64,000 nt of DNA, from assembly GCA_001179505.1 (NCBI GenBank), contig CDMY01000462.1:1-64000 (forward strand), written 5' to 3'. Below the pieces are notes generated by a model. The model was not told the origin of the DNA, made no database searches, and saw nothing but the letters and a program-made list of their open reading frames with translations. The translations under genes and the position numbers were made by a program. Each line of letters starts with the position of its first letter. The stretch's first letter is position 1. This DNA comes from Vitrella brassicaformis CCMP3155. Its lineage: Eukaryota; Protista; Chromerida. Below are positions 12,772 through 25,000 of this stretch, in pieces.

Positions 12772-14129
12772 ATGGGGATGTTTTGGTCTCGCCCCCTGTG
12801 GGTGCAGGAGGTCGACGAGAAGGAACGGTTTTTTCTGGACGACTATCCACGGCGTATCGATGAGGGTGCGAAGAACATCGGTGCCTTGAGGGATGGGATT
12901 CGGGAGAAGTGGAAAGTCGGCGGGCACATCGAGATAAGGCTGATCCTTAAGCCGGGAAGCGGCAAACCATGCGAGTCGGACAGCGTGGCGAAAGTCTTCG
13001 GCGAGTGTGGCAGGGACGACAGGGACCCTATACGATGGCAGAAAACAAGTGAGCAGAGCGGGTGACTTATTTGCCTTCTAATCGGTTTCTCTCTGTCTGC
13101 CTGCCTGCCTGCCTTCTCTGTGTCTGTCTGCAGCACGGAGGCGGTCTCTCGAAGACGACGACGACAGGGCACCAGTGGCCGTGTCGAAGCTGTCTGTCGT
13201 CGGTGAGGTCGACCTGGCCCGAGCCCATGAGCCGAAGAAGACTCCCATTCCCGGCCCCTTCCCAAGCGTCCCGCCCTTTACCGGCGACACCCAGATCGAG
13301 CCGCCAGTCCACGAGTATCTCAAGGAGATTCTCGCTAGAGTCGTCGGGGAGGCCAACAAGCTACGAGAAGACAAGCTCGAGGTCTCCGAATGCCGCTCGA
13401 GAGTCATGGAGTCAGCCAGACGGCTGCCAACACGGCATGGCGGCTGGCGATATATTTCGGGGAGCCCGGGCAGTTTAGCCATCGGTCCCGACGGCTTGAG
13501 CAATGCTACTTCTGACGAGGCATTCGCGGCCAGTCTGGCGGTTATCGTTGAGGCCAAGGCAGCGAAATACACGGAGCGAGGGCTGTCTGAATTCTGCAAG
13601 GAGGTCTCAGCCAAGATGTGTGTTGTGCGATCGTGGAAGCAAGACGCAGAGAGCGAGGGGGAAGTGCGTGATGATGCTATAGGTGTCTTGTGCAATGGCA
13701 CGGAGGCCATCGTGTTAGACTTTTTTCCGGGATACGAAAAGTCAGAGCTCGATATGGGTGAGAGTCAGGCGCTCTGTATGAGTGATCTTGCCAATTTTCT
13801 GGTGGGTTTCTTGAGCGAGTGGCGGGTGCAGAGAGAGATCAGTATAGAGGAGGAAGCAGCACTAGCTGAGAGGACTCGGGATCGTGCTGCTCGGAAAGCT
13901 CAGGATGAGGAGGAACTGATTCGTTGGGCGGAGCAGTTCATGGATGAAGACGACAGTTGTGATATAAGGAAGTGGGGACCCAAAATAGAGCGTGCATTGG
14001 TGAGTGACTTGTGCGTGAGTGGATGATGGATGCGCTGAAAGTTTTTGTCGACGAGAGATGGCACATTGCGTCGCTTTTCATTATGGCCACCCACTGCAGT
14101 TTGCAAGCTACATCCATGTGTCTTCCTGA
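12772..14129 (+). CDS. Crinkler/RHS-like protein: N-terminal ubiquitin-like header + PD-(D/E)xK restriction-endonuclease-fold domain (3 exons)
   Basis: Exons 12772-13048, 13134-13999 and 14100-14129 join in frame. Header LWVQEVDEK..NIGALRDGIREKW..IRLIL. Nuclease motifs EPPVHEYL, GPDG, VIVEAK, AIGVLCNGTEAIVLDF. Confidence 0.65.
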
Positions 14130-14374
14130 AGAGACCGTTTGGCCCTTCATCAGACCATCCGGTAGGTGTGGCTCCGTTCGTTGGACAACGAATGAGAGCA
14201 CACCTACAGAAGGCCCAACAAAGGGCGAAACGAAGTGTCAAACACTGTCCCACCGGCCTCTCTCTCTCTCTCTCTGTGTGTGTGCAAACGTCGCTCGCTG
14301 CAGTCCCAGACAAGCCTGTCTGTCTGCCCACCCACCCATACAGACATCATTTCCCCTCGACAGCAATCGATCAA

Positions 14375-17306
14375 TCAGAGCCCCTCTTGCCTGCCGCCGG
14401 CCTGTGTGACATCTGACGGCTGCTGTTGCTGCTGCTGTGTGAGTGGGTGGGGTATAGGGCGCGCAGCGGCCGTGTCGATAAGCGCCCGGGAGCGGAGCCG
14501 TCGCAGGGGGTTGGGGCGGGCCGAATCTGAATGACACAGAGAGAGAGAAATAAGACAAACGGGCGTGCTTGCTTGAGAGTGCTCGTGTTGTGCGCGTGTG
14601 TATGTGTGTGTGTGCGTGTATGGTGGGTGGGACCACCTACACACCTCTGGCCTGTGTCTCATCGTCTTCCTCCTCATCCATGCCGTCGTCATCCTCAAGA
14701 CCCTCAGTCGACTCCAATGCTGGATCCTTGTGCAACCTGCAAACACACCACACACATACATGGATGGAAGGATGGATGGATGGACCACATCGTGTGTGTT
14801 GGCTGACCGGTAAAGGAACACGCCCAGTATGATGGCCGCCGACGAGAGGGTCGCCAGGTAGTCAAACGGGTCGAGCGGCCTGATTTGATTGATGGATGGA
14901 CCACGCCGCACCACACCACACACACACAATAAAGTGTGTGAGATTGGATATGCATAACTCATCTCACCTGACGACAAAGAAGGTGATGAAGGCCGCCAGC
15001 GCGCCAACCGACGACACGGCACCCAACGCAACGATGCCATCTGACCACACACACACACACACACACCACACCACACACCATCGGGCCGTTTCTCCCTCCC
15101 TCCTCCCCTCCCTCTCTCCCTCAGTGCTTTCTCACTGACGCATTGATTGCATGGCCATTGTCGAGCTGTAGTAGAGCAACACGTGTGAGAGCAGCAGCAG
15201 CCCCACGAAATCCCGGGCAGTGCGGCACTCGCCAGGCTTGAGCGACAGCATGCTCTGCAGCACATCACCGCCCGATAGCGAAGGCGGTGATGGAGGGGGA
15301 GAGGGGGCGGGAGGGGCCGGGGCGGTCGTCACGGGCGACGGCTCGGGCGGATCAATGCCCCCTACACAGACAGACAGACAGGCAAGACGGTCCCTTATCG
15401 ATAGGCGCGAGTGCGTCTGCCCCTATGTGTCTGTCATTCTCACCGACAAGGCACATGAATGCATCCCGATAAAATAGCTGTGGCGACATCAGATCGCCCG
15501 TGTTGGCCTCATCGCCGGCACCCAATAAAGCCCGACGAAGCGACACAATGGAAGCAATAACATTATTGTTGGGCGGGGAGGAGGGGCCGGGAGGAGCTGG
15601 GGGCGGGGTGGTGGTTGCAGGGGTAGGTGCGGGCGGGTGCACATGGTGGCCCGTGTGCAGGTGCTGCTGCAGGTACAGGCCGGCAGGGAGGAAGGCGAAC
15701 GACCACAGCAGCTGGATGAGCGATATCAGCGCGTGAAGACACCGGGGGTCGGCGGGCTGCGGCGAGTGCAGCAGGGCCACTTCCTTCCAGGCGCCCGAGA
15801 TGACGGTCAGGCAGCCGGCGAGGATGTAGAGGTATGACGACCAGTGGGAGGGGCACGTGGTGGTCGTCTTGGCCCGCGCCCAGGGCACCACATTGATGGC
15901 GATGCCCAAAAGGATCAACAGCGCGCCGACGTAGTGGACGGCACGGTACCTAGAATACGGGGAGGCCGCTGGTCAGTCATGTGCCTTGCCATTCTCTCTC
16001 TCTCCCTCTCTCTGTGTGTGGGGTATGTTATGGTTACTTCCTCTGGTGCAGACATGCGTTGATGAACAGCTGTATGGGAATCCCCACCTGCAGCGACGTC
16101 ACCGTCTGCCACCCAGGCATGATGCTGACACAAGAGCATCGAAGCAGTCAGTCGCATCCATGAGTTGAGTGAGTGCATCGGACGGCGTGTTGGCTACCCT
16201 GCCGGCACATAGAAGAGTATGGCGGCGATGCAGTCGATAAGGCCCCACATGAAGAGCGACACGCCCGACAAGTTGTTGGCGGACGGACGGGGGAACGACG
16301 TCGCAGCACCTGGCCACCACCCACACACACAGAAGCACTCTCGCATAAAGAGCCGGGAAGGGGTGTGCGGTGCAGCTGGCTCACTTTCTGCGATCTCTCT
16401 GAAGAATTCCCTGACTGAGTGCATGGCGGCGCGCCATCTCGCCCTGCCCCCCGCCACCAGCGGAACACGCCGCGAAGTCGCGGCATCTCTCGGCTCAGGC
16501 TGATGCTGGCATACACGCAGAATAAAATGTCACACCGATGCCACAATGCCTCTTTGTCCATTCCCGCACTAACCAGCACAGCGACCATGTCCGAGCTGCC
16601 ACCTTCGACTTGGTTCACAGAGGCCAGGTCGGTGAAGTCAGCTTCCCCGTCAGCTCGTCGATCTGGCGAGGGGAAACCTGTTGTGGGCTGGACAGTGGCG
16701 TGCCGCTCCGTGTGCAGGGGCAGCCGCCGCCTGTGCACGCGGACGAAGGCCACCAGGCAGCCGCTGAGAAGACCGAGAGGGATGTGCACCAGACACACCA
16801 GCTGCCTGACAGACCAACACAAGATAGATGGATGGATGGACTGTGTGTGGGTGTGGTTGGTTCCCGCCTCACATGACAACATATCTGTAGTGCCTCGCCG
16901 TCGAGCAGGCCTCCTTGAAGAACACCCGCTCGCCCCAGCAGAAAGCCACCACCCCTGCCAGCGGCACCCACTGCTTGACCACCTTCTTGAGGTAGCGGCC
17001 GCTCAGCACACGGGCAGGCAGCCGCCCAACGATGTTCCTCCGGGGCCGAATGTGCCACCAGGTGGGCTGGTGGAAGTACCGCCGCACGCCGTTCAGCCCG
17101 CTGGGCAGCTCATCGCTCTGCAGCCATGACGCAGTGCTGCTCGTCAGGTCGGTCGGGCGGGTCTTCAGAGGCACATCGCCGCTGCCTTCGCTCTCGTTGA
17201 GCCGCTCGTCAGCTGTGAATGAGCCGTTGTTGTAGGCGAACGACACATCCGTCGATTGCGCAGTGATGCCAGAGGTGTTTGTCGACTGAGCTGCTCGAGG
17301 CTCCAT
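14375..17306 (-). CDS. CRT-like (chloroquine-resistance-transporter / CLT family, DMT superfamily) transporter
   Basis: Segments IMPGWQTVTSLQVGIPIQLFINACLHQR, RYRAVHYVGALLILLGIAINV, SYLYILAGCLTVISGAWKEVALL and LHALISLIQLLWSFAFLP parallel PfCRT/CLT helices as I recall them. About 10 hydrophobic segments and an acidic C-tail. Confidence 0.7.
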
Positions 17307-17875
17307 CTGGGCGAGAGGGGAGAGAGTGAGGAATGGACGCAAAGGTAAGATGGTCGAGGAGGCTTCAGAGAGCCCAGACGTCCTCAGGCAAAGCCTTCAC
17401 GCTCAGGTGTCATCACAACAGTTCTTCCTGATGATGAAACGGAGAAAAGAAAGGAGATGAGAAACTTCTGGATGCATGCTTGAGTGAAGTCGAGTCATTC
17501 TCAGCCTCGTACCCCTCCTGTTTGCAACCTGTGTTTTCGCATCGGTACTCAGCGGCAAAAATTAGTTGCGATCCGAGACGGGCAGTAACTCTCCGCGAGG
17601 CAGTGTTCGCCCCTACCACGGCGACTGCTCGGTGGAGCCGCTCAACTAATCAGATAACCTCAACACCAACGCCGACGCCCTCAGAGAGGTGGCCAAAACA
17701 AAAAATTGGGCCAAAATCAGAACCAACCGGCAATACATTGGACAAATGAAGACATCGAGTCGTCTGTCCAGATACACGACCAACTAGATCCACAGGCGGC
17801 CAAACTTAACACATGGCCCATCCATCCATAACAGCCTACACTTTCAATGCACAAGCCTCCCCCTCCTGGATCTAC

Positions 17876-20800
17876 TTAAGAAGCAAGCAGGCCCTCCAGC
17901 CGGCGCTTCGCCTCTGCCAACTGAAACACACACACACGCTCAAATACAGCACCCTTGTGTGTATGCCGCCACCCACAATGTGCCTCACTGACCCTGTCGC
18001 TGTGTGTGGCCTTGATGTAAGCCGTGTTGTCCCTCTTGCGGTGCTTGCTCCGGAGCGGCCGCCCCTTGTCAGCCGCCATCCTGCTCGTCACCTTCACCTC
18101 ACCCTCATCGTCCAAGAACATCAGCCTCTCACCATCGCCACCATCATCACCACCGTGCCCAGTGTCACCGCGCCTCTCCGCCCGCTGCTTGTGGTGCTTG
18201 ACCTTTCGTCTGGCGATCTCTTGTGCGATCTCTGGCGGCACCTCGGTCTCTGCTGTGGGACTGGCGCCTACACGCCTGGCGCGGGGCAGCTTGATCTCGA
18301 AGGAAGTCGCAAAGTCGAAGGAATCGTCATTGGACGGACAACGGGCATTGGGACCACCAGGCAGCTAGTGGAGAGAAAGCCAGAGAGGGCGTATGTGTGT
18401 ACGCGTGTGTGTGGGCTTCTCGCGTACGTCTGCGAGTCTCTCTTGGTCGAGCCCTTTGGCGGTGTCCTGGATGAGCACTTTGAAGTTCTGACCAAGAGCA
18501 GCACCACAAAGACACAACACGATCTCTTGAGTGTCTTGTGTGCTTCCCTCCCTCCCTCCCTCCCTGCCTAACATTGCCCACCGACCTTCGGGTAGTTGTG
18601 TGTGACAAAGGGAAGGCGGACCACCTTGCCGGCCACCAGTTTGCGCGAGCACCGGCCGCTCAGCCACCGCATCTTGGTGTGCTTCGGCGTGTCGCTCGGG
18701 ACATCCACCGGCACACGCACCAACACATCCAGCCCATGGCGCGCATACTCGGGCTTGATGAACCTGTATATATTGGACACAATACGATCAGTGCGTTTGG
18801 CCATGGTGCGCTTGTGGGTCCCTCCCCCACTGACCCCATAGCGATGCGTCGTTTGAGCACCGGGCTCCAGACGGCCGAGGTGACTTCGCCGATGGGTCGC
18901 CTGTGTGGGTTAGAGAGGATGCCGCAGCCGGCGAATACGTGTCGGTCGGCGAGGAAGCCCACCCGCCGGTAGGTGGGCCCCTTGGCCAGCTGCACAAACA
19001 GCTTCTCCCAGCCGAACATCATGTGCCGACGCATCTTGTCCTGGTCCAGCAGCCAAGTCAGCGACGCGTGCACGGGCGTGACCTGAGCGAGGAAGAAAAG
19101 AGGGGCTGGCTTGTGTGTCGCATGTGTCTTGTGTCTGATGTGGTGGTACCAGTGGCGTGATGTCCACTCCTGCCCGAGGCAGCCCTGCCTCCATTCGCAG
19201 CATGTCCAGGGTGAACAAACCAGCTGGGGATAATGACGGATGGGCAAGCAGCGTCCTGCACACAGACAGGTGGACGGATGAGCCGGGAAGGATCTGACCT
19301 CCCTTCGTCATGCACCCACCTGGCGAGCACCGGCGCTAGGTCAGGTGTGGTGACGATCTCCACGCCGTCCTCGCCAGTAATGCCCGCCCGCATCAGCACC
19401 GCATCGCCACTCTTCCCCCCATCCCATGACCACTGCAGACTGGCCGCCTGGAAGTACTTCAGCGACAGCAGCTGAGAAGGCGATATCTCCTCGCCGTTGT
19501 GGTCGAATGCTCGGGCGAAGACAGGAACAGGGAAGGAGAGAGATGGCGGGGGTGGGAGAGGGGCGCCTTGCTGGTGGTCTGTGCCTTGCGGGGCGTCTGG
19601 TGTTGTTTGCATGGCCGTGAGGCAGTCGGTGAGGACGTTCACCGCCTTTGGACCCTGCAGCGCGAGATTCGCCGTGTAGACGGACGGCTGGATGTTCACA
19701 TCAAGACCAGACTGCCTGCACACACACACACACACACACATCCATCCATCCACTGGACATCTCGCATGACGTATCCATCGCCGCGCATGCACCTGCAGTA
19801 GACAATGTACTGCGACAGGTAGTCGAAGAGGCTCTTGCGGTTGTGGCCCGAACACGTCATGAGGATGTCATCCACCCTCTTGCACACAAAGGCGTCGTCA
19901 AGGATGTACCCCTTGCTGTCGACCACACACGCATACTGCACATTGCCCAGCTGCACACACACACACACACTCTCATAGAGAGGGCATCAATGTACCCAGC
20001 GTGACTGTCTCTTCGCGTGTGTGTCGCGTGCCTTCATTTTTTGCAGAGAGCAGGTGAGAAAGTGGTCGGCAGCGAGGTAGCGGTCCTTGCCGCTGATGTG
20101 GTAAGCGGCACGGTAGGACGTGTCGATCAGCACCGCACCGCTGCGGGCGGCCGCATGACCCGACACAGCACCCCTGCATAGACACCACACACCACACAAT
20201 CGATGGGCTATCCATCTCCGCTTGTGCCTCTGTGTGTGGCTCGCTCACTCAGGATATGTGCTGGGCACCATGCAGTCGTGAAAGCGCACGAACTCGGCCC
20301 CGTAGGTGGCCCACACGTCGCCAAGGGATGTGGTGCGATCCTCACGGTGCTCCTGGAACGCCCCCTTGGTGCCCTTCTTTCCACCCCTGCCCTTCTGCCG
20401 CCCTTTGCTCTGTCGCTCCTGATCCGCCTTCTCTGCGTGCCGCCGCTCCCACGGGGCCATGTCGTCCTCTTTCATGTCCTCGAATGAGCGGATGCCGCTG
20501 GCCTGCTTCCGCCTGAGCAGCCGGCGGATCCTCTCCTCCTTGAGATCGGACATGCCGTCGTCAGCGAAGCCCGGGAACATCTCATCGTCGGGCACCTCGT
20601 GCCACGATTGGGATGTAGAGGATTGTGCGTCCTCTCCCGGCTCTTCTTCTTTCCTTTTTGCATAGTCCGTCGCCCCCCACGACTCGACTATGACACCGAT
20701 GGGGCTGCCGTGGTCATCCACCACTTCTCCGTGGGGCGTGCGGTCCGCAAGAAAATCGGCCTCGTCGTCTACTCGACGTGGCGGTGGCGGGGCAGCCTGT

Positions 20801-21751
20801 GGCTGCTCGTCAGGCTGGGGTTGATCCACAGTCCGCCGTACTGGCTTCTGCCGGCCGTCTTGCTCGTGGTGGGTCTGCTGCAGTGAGGCCACCTGGACGT
20901 GTGGGTATCTGTCGATGAGGTTGTTGAGGTGCGGCTTGTCGCTCCACCTGCGGCCTCCCTGCTTCGTCCGCCTTTGCTGCTGCTGCTGCTGTTGGGTCTC
21001 TCTGCGCTGCTGCATTATCTCCTGCCTGTGCCGCTCGGCGCGCGCAATGAACTCGGGAAGCGGGTCACTGCCAGATGGCTGAAGACGCCACACACCGCAA
21101 GACATACAGAGATGGTGTTGGTGTTGGTGTGGCTTTAACCTCACCGGCGAGGATGATGGCCGTCGAGGGCCGTCAGTGTCGGCGACCCGGTTGTGTTGGT
21201 AGTCCATGATGCCCTTGACATGCTCCCGCACAAAGTCTCCCGCAGTCGGCACGTACTGCTCGAAGTCTGCGCGCGCCTCCACGGTCCGCTGCAGCACCGA
21301 ATGCAGCGGCTCCCCCTCCCCATCAGCATCGCTCTCGCCTTTCCTCACGGCCTCTAGAAGCGTCGCATCAATGCGCTCGTACGCATCAGCCACAAACTGC
21401 TGGTGGGCCTCGTTGGGTCCGTCGAGCTTCATAGGTCCGCTGAGAGGGTCGGCCATGCAGCCGCCGCGGGAGCCTCGTCGTGGCAGCCGCTTTGGCAGCT
21501 CTGACGGGGCGTGGGGGAACTTTTTGCTCATGAACGACTCGCGCTTGCGGCTGAGCTCACGGCTGGCCGGGAAGCTGTGATGGACGCGGGACAGCGTCAC
21601 GAAAGGGCGAGATGACTGAGCAGGGACAGACAAACAGATGCATAATTCATTCATCCGTGTGTCAGCGTGTGATGTGCAGTGGGTTTCTTACGTGTTGTGT
21701 GCGAGGTCTGAAGCGCCTGACTGCCCTCCAGCTGGACAGACAATGTGCCAT
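17876..21751 (-). CDS. gcvT: Aminomethyltransferase / glycine-cleavage T-protein-like protein with mitochondrial-type presequence and long N- and C-terminal extensions
   Basis: TSLGDVWATYGAEFVRFHDCMVPSTYP; LIDTSYRAAYHISGKD; VVDSKGYILDDAFV; NLALQGPKA; RAGITGEDGVEI; LDMLRMEAGLP; IGEVTSAVWSPVLKRRIAMGFIKPEYA; VVRLPFV. Start MAHCLSSWRAVRRFRPRTQH is Arg/Ser-rich with no acidic residues. Confidence 0.85.
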
Positions 21752-21767
21752 GAAGCAATACGGTGAT

Positions 21768-22006
21768 GATCAAAGATCCATCGATCTGATCAAAGATCGG
21801 GGAATGTGTGGCACCAGTAAGGCTTGCTGCAGGCTGCAGAGCCCCGAGAAAAGCCAGATCTCTCGCCGAGAGAGAGGATCGCTCTGCGCGCGAGCTGATC
21901 TCAGCGCGCGAAATCACCTGCGCAGTGTCCTCTGGCAAACACGAGCAAGACATCAATGGGCACATGAAGATCTGATCCTATGCTGATTCAGCATAAACAA
22001 ACGATC
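21768..22006. promoter_or_regulatory. Divergent promoter between gcvT-like and LRR-TM genes with a GATC cluster and a GCGCGAAA (E2F-like) site
   Basis: 11 GATC tetramers counted in ~240 bp. GCGCGAAA at 21906. Start codons are 269 bp apart. Confidence 0.45.
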
Positions 22007-22019
22007 GATTCATGACTCT

Positions 22020-25000
22020 ATGACGTACTGTCCCAGGCCATGGGTCCTTCTTCTCGGCATCATCTTTTTCCTTCCGCGGCTTCGGCTAAGCCATGCAGGC
22101 CCAGCAGGACGGACAGTCTGGCCCGAGAGAAGACTGCAGGCACCAGCGAATGCCTCAACAACAGCCGGCTATCAACCCTTGGGATGGAGCGTGGCGGCTT
22201 TGGATATGTCCTATCTGTTCGTGTCGTATAAGAAGACCGAGTACCACGACAATGGGGACATCAACCGACAGGTGAGGGGAAGGCTGATGGCATGAATGGT
22301 ACGTGCCCGGCACGGGAGTCTGGTGCGCGCGTGTGTCTGTGTTTGTGTGTCAGCTTGGTGCACCTTCATTTTCCTGGACAGCGATGGAGGAGCTGCCTTC
22401 ATGTGCTGCATGCCAGGTGGATGCCGACGCGCTCTTCGAGGTGGGCCACGAAAGCGGACTGGCCGACTTCGAGGCCGAGTTCGATGCCAAGACACGACGA
22501 AACATCTGTGAGCTGTCCTTCGTCGTATGTGTGAGGGTCACGGAGGATGCCGTCGAAGGCTATATACTGATGTTGGTCGGCGACAGCGCCACTGTGCTTC
22601 TCTCGGGAGTACCTGTGTGGGTGATGTTATTGGGTGGGTCATCGGTACCATTGCCTTCAACCTTATTCGACTTGACAGCTGTCCTCGGGCTGGTGATCTT
22701 ATCTACGCCCTTTGAAGGGGTGATCGACGACCGACTCGGCAACTTGACATCTCTCAGGCTCCTCCAATTGGAGGACAATCAGGTAGGAATGATGGAAGGA
22801 GAGGGAGCCTATGGGCTGCTCATCAATGATGCATGTGGTTGTGTTGCATTCTGTTGGCATCCAATGCAGTACCTGACTGGGGCTCTTGGACATTCGATCG
22901 GCCGTCTGCAGAATTTAAGGGTCCTTTCAATCTCGGGAGGCAACGTTGCTGAGCCGTCCTCATCATACCGCTTCCACGGAGATATCCCAAGCACCCTTTT
23001 CGCGCTGCCACATCTTCAATCGCTTATCATTCAGTTCACGCAGCTAAGACTTCTATCGTCGGGCGATGATTGGTGTCCCGAAGGTGGTGCCCAGCTTCGT
23101 GTAGTCGATCTTTCATCCAACCCTTACCTGCTCAAAGCCTTTCCGACAGGCCCCCTCAGCTGCAGCCGTCTGAAGTTCCTGTTTCTGAGAGGACTACAGC
23201 TAGAAGGCCCTCTCCCAGAGTCCATCAATCGTCTGTCCTCGTTAGAGATACTCGACGTGCCGAGGAATGCCATGACAGGACCTCTGCCGTTCACTTTGGG
23301 CGACCTGAAGGAGCTGAGGTTTTTGAATCTTGGAAAGAATATGTTTGATTTTCTTCTCCCCGTCTCATTTGGGCTGAAATGGAGGAATCTGCGCGTGTTC
23401 TATGCTGAGGAAAACCAAGTGAGCGAGAAAGAAAGGAGGAAGGAAAGAAAGCAGCAGAGCTGTGCCCATCTGTTTCACTCTGTCCACTTCGGCTGTGTGC
23501 AGCTCTCAGGTATGCTACCGTGGGCTCTCGGATTCGCTACAGAGCTTCGCCATCTAAGTCTCCAGAGGCAGTTTCTGACGGGGCCGATTCCTGCGTCTTT
23601 CAGCAATCTCTCTGAGCTTCGAGCGGTGTGGCTCAATGACAATATGGTAGGTACAGGATCAGTGCGCATACAGAATGACCCTGCCCACATGTAACGTCGT
23701 GTGGCGATGGCAGTTAACCGGAGAGCTTCCGGACCTGTCAAAGTGGACAAAAGTGGAGAATATGGATATAGCGAACAATCAGCTCAGCGGCTCTTTGGAT
23801 CCTCTCACAAAGCTGCAGGCTGTTCATACTCTTCGCATCTTCAACAATCAGGTGGCTACCGTTGATTTTCTGTCAGTCACTCGCTGCAAATCATTGTGCG
23901 TGTTCTTGATCTTTGTCCGTGTGCCTGTGCAGTTTGAAGGTCAGATTCCGCAAGAGCTTGTCAGTTTGCGCGAGCTGGTTACACTGAATGCGCGAGACAA
24001 TAGGTCAGTGTGCAGACAATAGGTCAGTGTGCACCACTGCTGCGCATTCACAATGCCTTTCGTCGTCTCCATCTCTTCTGATTGATCTGCCATCAATCCC
24101 GTCAGGTTGAGTGGTTTGCCGCATTCGCTCGATGGCTGGCCCAAACTGGTATATGCCAATCTAGCTCGAAATCAGCTGCAAGGCTTCATACCGCTCATGG
24201 AGAACCTCACGTCGCTTGAGTCGTTATCGTTTGTGAGCAATCGCCTTGAAGGCTTCGAAGGCGACGGCCGACTGCCATCCAGGTCAGAAGATACATGAAT
24301 CGATGCGCGAGAGTGTAATCAGTCAGTCTCTGGATTACTGCGTGGCGTCAGGCTGAAGCAGCTATGGTTGGGTGGCAACCAATTCTCACGACTGCCAGAG
24401 GGATGGCATACATTGCCAGCGAGGTTGGAATTCATACAGCTGAGTTATAATGAGATCGGCGTGTGGCCTGACTGGGGCAGAACAGCGCTCGGTCACGATC
24501 TCTGCAATAAGCTGAGAATCGGTATGGCATATGAGTACGGGCGCCAATCACTAATACCTGTCTTCTGGAGTTCGTTCAGGGAACGAAGAGACGGCGTTGA
24601 CTTTGGTGCGTCATCAGCGACCGCCTAACTGGCCGGCACTTCAAATCCTGGATGTATCCCATAATCCTCTCAACGTCAACGTCAATTTCTTTTTGTCCAC
24701 TCTCAAATGGCATCCGCGGTGAGAAAGAGAGGCAAGGAGATGGCTCTTTTGCTTCATCTGTGTGCGTCTCATGCAGTTTAAGGGAGATTGAGTGTCAGGA
24801 TTGCGGCGTTAAGGGGCCGATGGGCTGTGAAGCATATGTAACGTACGACTATGACCAAGTTGTGGCTCTTTCCAACAAGACGCGAGGAGACATTTCGTTT
24901 GTAAGACTCCTGTAGTTAATCAGCTTTCGACGGCACCATTGTGACCATTCTCTGTCCCTTGTCCGTATCAGGACGATCAAGTTGAGACATTTTCTGGCTT

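Noticed and set aside
17428-17500. C/D-box snoRNA starting at TGATGA
   Set aside because: No matching CTGA D box or terminal stem; the region looks like spliced 5' UTR of the CRT-like gene.
20245-21654. Separate 469-aa gene, and a separate gene starting at 18804
   Set aside because: Both splice in frame into the GcvT-like gene: TYPE|GAVSGH at the 5' side and IAMG|FIKPEY at the 3' side.
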